NCBI GenBank assembly: GCA_028023455.1
Contig: JAQFVV010000007.1
Coordinates: 14,260,001-14,324,000, forward strand
Length of the DNA stretch: 64,000 nt
Reading direction: 5' to 3'
DNA from: Epiperipatus broadwayi
Lineage: Eukaryota > Animalia > Onychophora
Shown: positions 52,223 to 64,000 of the stretch, piece by piece
Layout: each line of letters begins with the position of its first letter
How positions within the stretch are numbered: position 1 is the stretch's first letter
The notes under the pieces: model-generated
The model's input: only the letters and a program-made list of their open reading frames with translations
The model's database searches: none
Told to the model about the DNA's origin: nothing
Translations under genes and position numbers: made by a program

Positions 52223-52636
52223 ACCTAAAACTTACAAGTTGGCATAAAAGTAGTGACTATACAAGAATTTGCTAATGAGTATGGCTTTTGAAATATATAT
52301 ATACTAATGTTCATATGGGTTAAGTTGATTATACAGAATGTCCATTGATCTGCAAATGGATATCTTACTCTTATTAGCTAAATGATAAAAAACTCATATT
52401 ATGGTCAGTATTGTCTTCCCCAAGCAACTTTTGTGTGAAGATATATGGAAAAAGTCTTTTCTTTTTTTCTGAGGAGTGTTTATGACTAATTTGCTTATGT
52501 GTATGTCATGTTGTAAGTTTAAATAGCAAATAATAGGATTCCAACACCATTTCCATATTCTTAATTTATTTGTGATTAAAGCTATATCCTAAACCTTAAT
52601 AACTTTTAAAGTTCAGAACTTTATTATCAAAGAATT

Positions 52637-53104
<468 letters not shown>

Positions 53105-55244
53105 AACCGTTTTATTACTCATTAAAGACATAGATTTTGTATTCTTTCTGACTATATTTATATAAAATGTTATTGAAAAATCAAACTCATTCTTAGTAAT
53201 TTGAACAGGAAAATAAGATTTTCTTTTTTCGCACTTATTACAAAAACAAAGGAAATAAATGTCTTGGATAACAATGTAGAATTTCATTATATATTCAGAT
53301 ATTTTAAAATTAGTTTATGAAAAACATTTAACTTTTTTTATTTTCTATTAGTTCGCTTAAAAAAAAAATTGTTTGCTTAAAAGCCAAGTTTAGCAATATC
53401 TTAACTAATAATTTCTATGTGATTTGCTTGTTGTTTTTTTATTCTAACGGATGTTCACATTTCCTAATCTAATTTTCCCTTAAAATCTGTATTACGGAAT
53501 TTTGAATAAATATTATTTTAAATTTTATTTATTTTGCCACTCTGTTCTATTGGTTTTATTTTACAATTTAAAGAAAGATAATTTTTAAGTTATAAAATGT
53601 CAAGTGCGCAAATACGGTTACTTAAAAAAAAAAGGCGTATTTGAATTGTAGGGACTTTTTAAAACAATTATGTAGATTAGCTCACCTACATACTTTGTTT
53701 CAATGCTGCTGTTTGATTATTTCTGAACTGATGGTGTAAGAAGCGTAATTATTTACTATAAATAAATAATCACATGATTAGTTGCTTCGGAGTTCTGTGA
53801 CATTTGAACAACCAAATGGATGATTAAACATGACAATTATATTCACTTGATTGGATTTACTTTTTGTCTCATTGAGTGTGCTGCTTCACAAATATGCTAA
53901 ATTAGCAAGGCATTATTTGTTTGTGATGGCAAAGACCCTATTTCTAAAAATTATCATATCTGTATCAAAATGTTCTTCATAGTTAAATGCAGTAGTAGAG
54001 TGTGACACTCAGTTTAATTGGTGTTAATAATGTTGATGTAATATTGTTATCAATGGTATCAATTCTTTTTAATGTGTTTATTGGTTTGGTATTTTGTTAC
54101 CACAGATAGTTTTGCAAATGTATGTTGTTGCTAATAAGATGAGATCTTTGTCAATTTTTTTTTAGCAATTAATAAAGTAATTCTGAAAGATGTTACTAAT
54201 TAGTCATTTAATTTACCATGCATTGGTAAAAAAATAAATAACTTAATTTGTTATTTTAATTCTTCAGTCATTCTTTCAAAAAATTAAATTGTTGTACTCT
54301 TGAATTCACTATACACTGTATCTAAATGGAAATTCATTTTTCCAGCATTCATAGATGCACTACACAACTTTTTTGACAAATGGCATATGCAGGCTTGTGG
54401 GAATCATTAAATAAAAGCACAAATTTGCATTTCAAGAAAGAAGGATCATATTTGTAAATTTTTGTCATGACATTTTTGCCTTTTGCCACATGGTCTTGAA
54501 ATGATGCAGATGGTTCTATCATTTTTGGTTAATGCATTCACTTGCAATTAGGATTCTTTGGTGTCTTCACTACCTTTAACCAGCTCTTGCAAATACATTG
54601 TGTTTTTATTAGTCACTTTTTTTATGAATAATTATTATTGCTAATTTAAAGGGAGCTGTCTGCCATTTTGTTTCTAAGAGTATTCCCTAGTAATTATAGT
54701 ACTAATATATATAAATTGTAAAATAAAAACAGTAATTATTATGTTAGGTTACATACTGTAATATTTAAATTTTTAGATTAAAATTTTCTAAATATTTCTG
54801 TATATAAAAATAAATCTAATTTTCTACTTCTAAATTAAAAATTTGAACTCTATTTTTACAGCATCCATTGACAATATTCATGGTTTCCAGTTTAAGAAGC
54901 TCTGAACTGTAATGTGATTGTTATATCTTTACACCAATATTCACTTTTCACTAGCCCCTTTATTTATAGTATCTTTAATATCTTTTTTTATCTTGCCCAA
55001 TCTAATTTTTAGAAACATATCTTTTAGAAGTATTCAACATAACCATCTTTAAAAATATCTATTTTTAGTTTGAAAGTTTTTTTTCTAACTGCTCAGCTTT
55101 TCCTAACTGTATGTCTATATTTTTGGCTTTTGTATATTTAATTTTCTTAATAATATTACTTTATATTAATGTGTTTACTGAATTTCATTTGTCTACAACT
55201 CTTATATCATATTTGGGTACAAATATATTATATATTTTTTAAGC

Positions 55245-55525
55245 TAGATGTAATTAGAGGAAATCAGAACCCAGACTTTTAAGCTCTTTTTTGTCATTCA
55301 CTCCATCTTATACAACTAATACACATGTCCACATACATGTTAAAAAGATAAATTATTTCCAGTATATGTATTTCATGCTAAACTAGCACTCATAAGTTGA
55401 TCCAGATCATCATCTCTCACACACACATATAATCATTGCTCAGTTTATATTAAAATAACAAATCTTCAAACTTTAATGAGTGAGCATCAATCTATTCCAC
55501 CCTCCACCTCTTCAGCCATCTATAT
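55245..55525 (-). mobile_element. Family 1 repeat copy, HHR with G5 to U change
   Basis: 55401-55358 ATCAA-CTTATGA-GTGCT(AGTTT)AGCAT-GAAA-TACATA-TA-CTGGA. Confidence 0.75.
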
Positions 55526-57384
55526 CAATAACACATTACTAAGTAAGAACACATTTTATCTTGCAAGACAGACGTTATAATGCATTTTGAGGCTTTATAT
55601 GCTTTATCTCACCAAAACTATAAATTCAGAAATCAAATTATGACTCAATTAAAATTGTCAACTAGTAAATATTTTTAATGTCTAAAAATGGTGAGTAAAG
55701 TTCCCATAATGGTAATGTAAAAACAATAAAAAATAACTTACAGTTATTCAGTGCTAAGTTACATTTGTCTCAAGCACATTCTCAATTTAATTTCTTTTTT
55801 TTAAAAAACACTGACTTCTGAGAATTATTTGGGGAAGTTATATATGTTGTGATTTCAAACACTGTTGACAAGCAACTAAATGTCATCTTTAAGGGAAATT
55901 TTTAAAAGTAGTTGATTAGAAAATAACTTGTAGTTCTGGAAGAAATTGCCTATTGTGTGTGTTATTTCATAGTTGAAATTAACATGTTATCTAATTATGC
56001 ATAAAGTGCTTGTTGTTTTTTATTACTTTATACATAGTGCTTTTTAACTTTTAGTAGTTTAAGTGAGAAAATTAAAACAAAATCTTTGTATTTTCATTTA
56101 CAATGTCTTCTAACATTGTCAGTTGCCACATTTTCATTTTTTTTACTATTCTGTTGACTTTCCTATAGGTTTCTTGAATATTGTAACTCATTTCTAAAAT
56201 TTGATTTCTATGTTTTCAGTTTTGTGGCTGATGTCACTCTATTGAATTCTTCTTAATTTAATGATATTTATTTTCTGAGAACAACTATATCATTTTATTT
56301 CCTTAGACATAATCTACTACTGTTTAATCTATATTTACTTTTTGTCCTGTGTTTTTATTTTTTAACTCATCTTTATAATATTTTCAGATATTTTCAACTC
56401 ATTATTAATCATTATAACCTTTAATTTTGTTTTCAGATTTTAGATTCATATACTTGTTTCATTAAACTTGTGCTTATTTAAACTTTTATTGAAAATATAG
56501 ACACTGCTTCAAAAAAAATGATAGTTACCTTAATGAAATAGTTGGCTTGTAGGCTAAGGTTTCTGATAAACTATTGACAGAGGAGTAAAAGAAGAGAGTG
56601 GAAGAAAAAATATACACTTTCGTGTAACCAATTGACTTATGACTGACTGCTTTCTATTCTCTCACATTATTTGACCTCATTTGCAATTAAATAAGATAAA
56701 AAGGACCATGGTATAAGTTTCATTACAGTTTTTGAATACAGATAAAGCACCATTAATCCAAAACCTCTGTTTTTTTGCACTTTTTGGAATTTTGTGAATT
56801 TTTTTTGTAGTTCAAAAACAAACCTTTTATTTCCTTCACCCACAAATTATGTTAAAGATATAAAAAAAGAAATAATTCATTAATTTTACTGTCTATACTC
56901 TGGTGTATATATATATATATAAATGCTCCCCATAAAGTATAACAACAATACCCAATTTTAAAATATATCATATGTTATTTCATATCAATACAAATATTCT
57001 TATGATGGATATTTAAAACAATAAATAGAAACACTAATTTTTTTTTTTTTTGATTAATTTCTTTTGTTTGTTAATTGCTTAATTAGAATGCTGGTTATCT
57101 TTTCACTTAATAATTAAATATTTTTTAAAAAAAAAAATCTAAAAGATTTTGATTTTTTTAATCTTCAGTGATTTCTTCATTCTTTTGCCAACTTGGGTTT
57201 GAATATCATATTTTTAATGACTAATTATTAATTGGTCAGTGAATTAAGATAAGGAAAAAAACAGGTAGCCTGTTTAATCAGACATATAAATTTATAGATC
57301 ATTTCTGTACTTCTTTTAAACTTTGATTGCAAATATGTGTAAGAACTATCTGTCTGAAGGTTTGTAATGATGGTACATTATAAT

Positions 57385-58787
57385 ATGTGATATGTTGGAC
57401 TATTTTCATCATTTATGAGTGAATGTTGAATGTATAGAAAATTTTAAACTTTATTTAAACTTTCCAAATACAAACAACTCTTCTTCAGGGGTTGCTGGTT
57501 TATATGCACAGTGACAATATTCACTTAGAAGTTGAACTTGCACCTTTAGATTCTTGAATATCAAATTTAAGGCAAACACTCTACCAACTGAGGGTTGGTT
57601 CAAATCCTCCTGAGTCCTTTAATTTTTTTTATAAAGGCTAATTAGCTTGTTTTTTCATTTTTTTTTCTAAGAGCAAGATTAATTAGAGGCTTCCAACAAA
57701 ATCAAGGGATAGCCATAGAATCATCACTGTCACCCTTGATCAGCAACATTTACATAGAAGAACTTGAAACCACAACCATAAATACTACTCCATATCCACT
57801 TAAAGTGTGACTTTGATGTGTTGATGATACATTTGTGGTATGGCCACATGGTGAGGTAAAATTACAGTTATTCTGTATGCGCACTAACAACCTATCTCCT
57901 ACAATTAAATTCATAATGGAATCATAACAAGAACAAAAATTGTCATTCTTGGCAGTCATCAGGAAAACAATTATTGGTACAGTAGTGGATCCATACATAC
58001 CAGGAATGGCAGACAAATTAAAGAAAATCTGCAGTCAATATAACATTAGAACTGCTTTCCAAAGCCATACCATATTTCGAGGAATGCTCAGTTTTATTAA
58101 GCCTAAACTGGAAATGCTGAAGAACAAAAACTGCATCTATAAAATACCATGTAAATGTGGAAGGAAATACATTAGTGAGACCTGTCACCATGTTGAACAG
58201 CGATTGAAAGAGCACAAACTAAAGGTTTAAAGAGAAAAAACAGATGTGTCTACTGTAGCAGATCATGTATGCATTAATGACCATATGTTTAATTGGGAAA
58301 ATACAAAGATATTGGATAAAGTGGAAAAAAATGCATAGAAGAAAATTCAAAGAAGCTGCTCATATGACAATGGTAAATAATCCTATAAGTCAACCCAGTG
58401 TGGCAATACACAATATATGGAAGCCTATAATTAATCTTGCTCTTAGGAAAAATAATAATAATAAACTGATTAGCCTTGATAAATAAAAAATTGAAGGACT
58501 CAGGAGGATTTGAACCAACCCTCATATATAAATATATCAAATTTATACTATATGTTGCCTTTAACAGAATAGCTCATAGAATAGCTCATTTGGTAGAGAG
58601 AGCATTTGCCTTAAATTCGATATTCAAGAATCTAAAAGCGTGAGTTCAAACAAACCTGTATAGTTTATTTGTGTGTTATTACTAGCAAGTTAGTTGTTTG
58701 TATTTGGAAAGTTTAAATAAAGTTTAAAATTTTCTATACAATCAACATTCACTCATAAATGATGGAAATAGTACAACATATCACATC
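57385..58787 (+). mobile_element. 5'-truncated Penelope-like retroelement (RT remnant + GIY-YIG endonuclease) preceded by an inverted copy of its 3' terminal repeat
   Basis: From 57697: QNQGIAIESSLSPLISNIYIEELE...VDDTFVVWPHG...IKFIME (PLE RT motifs, with stops). Then PYIPG...KNCIYKIPCKCGRKYISET...RLKEH and VADH...WENTKILD...RRKFKEAAHM (GIY-YIG). About 57385-57695 is the reverse complement of about 58418-58787. Confidence 0.92.
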
Positions 58788-59289
58788 TTGTGTAAAAACT
58801 AATTTATTTATTATCAAATTAAAGATTAATTTTGAAATTTGTTTGAAGGATATAACTTTTTGATTAATGGGTATTCAAGCTAATATTATTTTACCTGAAT
58901 TTTTTTTTATACAATGCTATTCTAGTATAAAACCACTAGGTTATTTGCTTGACTTAATCAATCAATGCTCATACAAATATACGGTTATAAATGACTTCAC
59001 TACACATGTGCTTTATAGATTTAAACACTTAATGATTATTTGCATTTCCCCAAACACACGATAAAGTCTTTTGAAAAGATAGACTAAATTCGCTCTATCA
59101 TTTAACCTAAGCATATATTTATAGGCAAATTTTAAGCATTTTGAAATGAGAGTATGAATATATTAAATAATCACTTTCAATTCCTTTTACTATGTTTTAA
59201 AGAATGCTGTTTGTGAAATTACAATTTAAAAACATAGTGCTATATAAATAAATAACTTGTTATATATGTTTAAACATATGTTTATATAT

Positions 59290-60245
59290 ATAAATGAAAA
59301 TAAAGTCTTATTTGGGTTATACCACGTATTATTTTGTCTTAATTTCCAGTGTATTAGTGTCGTAATGTTTATCTTTGTTGAGGTTAAAGTCTTAACGAAG
59401 AACTGTTGTGTCTTAAGTAATAATAAGATTGAAGATAAAGTAAAAAACAATTATTTATATATACATTTGATGGGTGGTCATAAAACAATTATTTATATAT
59501 ACATTTGATGGGTGGTCATTCAGAATTGTTTTCATTATAACTAGCTATAGAGTTATATTATTTTATATTAAAAAAATGATTGATAAGATCAATAGAAACT
59601 ATCTAATTTCAATATTAAAATTACGTTTTCTACTAGAAAAAAATGACATTTTTTTCTATAAATGTGAAGACTGAGTACTTTTAAAATACCAAGGTGTTTG
59701 GAATATTTCATGCTGTCAGTGCTTCAGGAAGCTGTGTGTGTCAATCAAATAAATGTATTAATGTCATAGTTACATAGCATAAAGACAGCTTTTACAGTAC
59801 ATTTTTTTAGAACTTGGTCACATACCTTAGTTTGATAATACAAAAAATATTAACTAATTTGGAAATGTATTATTTAAAAACTATAAGGGAATATTATGAA
59901 ATATTAAAAAGTCTGGGTGATATAAACAAATCTGATGAAGCACTATGTATTTCAAGCTTGTGGAGTTTATTTATTTTATCGCTCTCTTCTAAAATCAATT
60001 TAGAATCAGATAATTGTAAAACATAGGGAAGTAAAAGAACTTTTTTTAATCCACATATTATGAATGATCAACCATCATATATATATATAAGAATCATTGG
60101 TTTTTACTTCATTCTCAATCTACTCTAGACTTAACAGTTCATTAAAACCTTAAACTACACAAGAATGAATATTATTTTACCAAAATATTGGAAATTAAAG
60201 CAAAATAATACACGGTATAATCCAAATAAAACTTTATTTTCATTA
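59290..60245. repeat. About 60-bp inverted repeats about 830 bp apart; possible non-autonomous DNA element
   Basis: aatgaaaataaagtcttatttgggttataccacgtattattttg.. at about 59293 is mirrored at about 60185-60243. No TSD established. Confidence 0.5.
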
Positions 60246-62420
60246 TATAACTGTGAAAACATGAAATATACATGTATATATAATTAAAAGCCAGTCATCA
60301 CTTAAACAAACCCAATATCAATAACGATCAACAATTTCAAACTGTTGTCAAGGCAATCTCCTTTTAACAATAAATGTGTGGAATATATATATGTGTGTGT
60401 GTAATAGATAGAAACTGTCTTGATTTTAAATAACATTAAAACATTGCATTTTTTTATTTTCTGTTGCAGTGTTTTATAAGTAATTTTCAATGTTTGCATG
60501 ATTAATTAAAAATCAGGGATTCTATATAATGTCGGAAAAATTCTGTATTTGATTATATTACAAATATTTGACTTACAATTCTTCACTTACATGGGTATTA
60601 AAAATGAATAAGAAATGGATACTCTCATAAAAGTTAGACTGTCATATATAAATATGGTGTGTTTACATCTGGGTTATAATAATTTTCATTCTTCTTTGGA
60701 AATTTACTATATCTGTTAATGTAAATGATATTTGCCCATATATAAGCATTTGGGTTGAAAGAATAGATGGATTCATTCTATTCTTTCAAAAAGATTTTAT
60801 CTTGTGTTGGAAGTGAAAGTATTCATTTATTAGTATTAATATTCATAAAAAGCACATGTACATTAGCTTGAAAGGCTGATCTTTAATTTATATCTGTTAA
60901 TCCATATATACATCTGGTACAGAGAATGTAATTGGTCCGTCTATATCAGCATAGCTATCTAGTAAGTATGGCAATATTGAAAAACTTATTAAGAGCACTT
61001 TAATGATAGGTCAAAATTAAAAATTAGAATTATTATTAAAATATTCATTTATATTACATATACATATTCTATTGTCTTTCCTATTCCTTAATCAAAATAC
61101 AGTCTTATGGCATAAACCACACTATATGATTTATAGAACAGTTATATTTAGTAGCAAAGATGCACAAAAAGTTTGTTTCATTAATAAATCCTAGATATGA
61201 AAAGCCAGATATCTGTTTGATACTGACCGACATTGTTTTACCTGTCATTTGTGGTGAATAAACATACACTGCAGTCATTTGATTACAGTCCCATTCTTCA
61301 TAAGGGAACAAAACACCCACCGATTAAAACCATGATAATTTGTCATTCGTAAGACTTTTTTCGACAGCAATAATAAATCTAAACCTATTTTTTAAGCCTG
61401 AGTGATCAATGAATAATAAAAATTAATGTCAGTCAGATCATAAGACTAATGTCATGTACGGCCTTTATCAGTATGAATATCATTTCCATATTAGCTGCCA
61501 AGAAATACTTATCATATATCAAACTAATGGCTTAAAACTTTAAGGGTTTGGATCTAACCACAATTGTCTTTTAATGGGCCTTAATATATTATAATGTAAA
61601 TAATAATACTACTTTATTATATTTTTCCAATGTTAAATATATATTTTTAAAAAATTCACTTAACCACACGCGCGCGCACACACATTTATATTGAATATAC
61701 AGTCATCAACATTATCTGCTTTTTAATAAAGGATGCAAAATTTCAGGTGTTGGAATGAAGCAAAATCAATTTAATCCATCAACTTAGAACAGAAGGTATT
61801 TAAAAAGTTTAATTGACAAAACCATCTGAATGCATTCTGATAATTCAATGATGTAGAGTAACATCCCACAAAGAGCATTCAGATGGAAGCCTTCCTAGTG
61901 TGATAGATTATCCACTTACAGAAAAGCAGCGATTTAAAAGGTTTTATATATATGTTTATTTTTCTATCATTATTTTTGCTTTAAAATTAATAAAAAAAAT
62001 ATCTATTGCACGCACACATTTTGAAGTAAAGATATCAATATACGATTACTACTTTAGTTTAATTTTAAAGTAACTTCTGCAAGTATATATATAAAATACA
62101 ATGTTGATTATTTTGTTGGTAAGATATGGTAGAGAATAGAATGTACTGGAAGCTATAATTAGACACGATGTTGAAGTAGTTCATAAAGAAAACTTTTTTA
62201 TAGAAGTTAAAAACTAGCACCACAAAATATCAGTTTTTTTAAAAAATGTACTGACATGTTCTCTATGCATGTGTGTGTGTGTGTTTTTCAGATTGATTTA
62301 TATACTCGTCATATATTTTATCTGTAAGATATGATTAACTTTTTTTTCCTCATGGAATTGGAATACCCAATACACGTTTGCAAGTGATTGCTAATATATT
62401 TAATATTTAAATGTATTTCG

Positions 62421-62640
62421 TCCATTAAAGTTTGAAGATTTGCTATCTTAATATCAACTGAGTACTGATTGTATATATGTGTGAGAGATGGTGGTTTGAA
62501 TCAATTGATGAGTGCTGTTTCAGCACAAAATACCCTTACTGGAGATCATTTATCTTTTTAACATGTATGTGGTCATGTGTACAAGTTGTATAATATAGAG
62601 TAGATAGTTGTAGGGAGCTTGAAAATCTGAGTTCAACTTC
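62421..62640 (+). mobile_element. Family 1 repeat copy, decayed HHR
   Basis: 62500-62543 ATCAA-TTGATGA-GTGCTG(TTT)CAGCAC-AAAA-TACCCT-TA-CTGGA, then a tRNA-like tail ending gagttcaacttc. Confidence 0.75.
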
Positions 62641-64000
62641 TTTATATATATATATATATATGTGTGTGTATGTGTGTGTGTCTGTGTTGGGTAATAAACA
62701 TATTTGACTACTGATAGGCATCACAATTGGCAGATTGTGTAATGACTTTTTAATATGAAGGTGAACTGTCAATAACAAACAAACACAGCCTGACAAATAT
62801 AAATGCCTCATAGAGAAGATTTTGGGTTTATCAAAGAGGTAAGTATTGTTTCTGAAACAAACTATTTTTACTGTGTCCCTCCGTTCCTTCTTAAGTAATT
62901 TAAGTTATTGTAGGGCTAAATCATTTTTGAATCTCTCATGCCATTGGTTATCCCATTATACTAATTGTAATCATGGCAATGTGTGTTTGTGTAACCACAT
63001 TTTCATCATTTAACTATTCACACAACATATCTGGCTCCAATTTCTAAAGAATAATTTAAATAAACTTGTAAATAATATTGTCAAAATGTTTTTGGATAAT
63101 TGTTCTGAGTATACTTTTATTTATGAAAGCTGAACAAAATTTATTTTTTAAAAGTTAATGCATTTGTGTAAACAAAAGCAGTCCTTTATTTTATATATTA
63201 TATCCTATTAATCTATGTAAATAAAAATGTAAATGTTTGTTTGTTCAAATCTTAAATCTCTGAAAGTTCTTCACCGATTGCTTTGAAATTTTGACACAAT
63301 GTTGCATTTGAATATGCCCATGTTTTATATACCTACTATTTATATACCTACTATTATATGCTTGTGACATGTAAAAACATGCTTTTTTAAAAAAAACAGT
63401 GCTATCTGTTGGACGTAAAAGTAACACATGCTATACTAAATATTTTATGATTCCATTTCAGTGTTTCCAATTGCATTGTAAAATTGAATTTTCATAAATT
63501 TCTTTTTATTTTTATTTTGTTTTAATTATTTTGTGTGAGAGATTGCAATTCCCAATTCGATTGGCATTTGCAATCACCATCAACAAAGCTCAGGGCCAAT
63601 CTTTAGAATTGAGTGGTTTAGATCTAGACACAGCTTGCTTTTCACATGGATAATTATGTTGCATATTCTAAAGTCGGCAAACCAGACAATTTCTACATCT
63701 GCACAGACTATGGAACAACAAAAAATATTGTATACCCACAAGCATTGTGAAATTAAACATATTAGAAATATGTGCTTTCTCTTTTCTTTCTTTTCCATTT
63801 AACCAAACTGAGTCACAGCAATGTGTGGCCAGGTACAGTTAGTTTTTAAATAAATTTAATTTTATTAACTACATTTCTTATTTCAAATAAACCTGCCCTG
63901 AAAGCAGGTTTTAATGATTCTCATACAAAGAAGTGGTATCAGTAGTAGCAAAGAGAATTCATAAAACTACTTAGGTCAAGAAAACATTTCACTATTTTAC

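Noticed and set aside
54330-54640. Minus-strand Cys-rich fragments (PCGKRQKC..., YLQELVK) reminiscent of a piggyBac C-terminus; similar vague signal at 18300-19100
   Set aside because: Many stops and frameshifts, no catalytic motif, TIR or TTAA found; too weak to call without a search.

Overview
A very AT-rich eukaryotic (probably invertebrate animal) genomic window. It is mostly intron/intergenic DNA and decayed mobile elements; I could not assemble any complete protein-coding gene, and most listed ORFs are microsatellite or TE by-products. Recognisable parts: a 5'-truncated Penelope-like element (RT remnant + GIY-YIG) with an inverted terminal repeat (57.4-58.8 kb); several decayed RTE-clade LINE pieces; an L1/Tx1-like ORF1/ORF2 remnant; two hAT-type MITEs with 8-bp TSDs; tRNA-derived SINE heads; long palindromes and satellites. 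The main hidden signal is a high density of minimal type I hammerhead-ribozyme (HHR) motifs from at least four sequence families, mostly decayed and usually in head-to-head inverted pairs. One family is a non-coding repeat (7 or more copies) carrying an HHR followed by a tRNA-like Pol III module. Two unexplained structured-RNA-like motifs also stand out: a tandem cUUCGg/HDV-like unit at 7.7-7.85 kb, and twin hairpins with an identical 13-nt loop at 21.9-22.0 kb. All alignments and folds were done by eye, so element boundaries are approximate.
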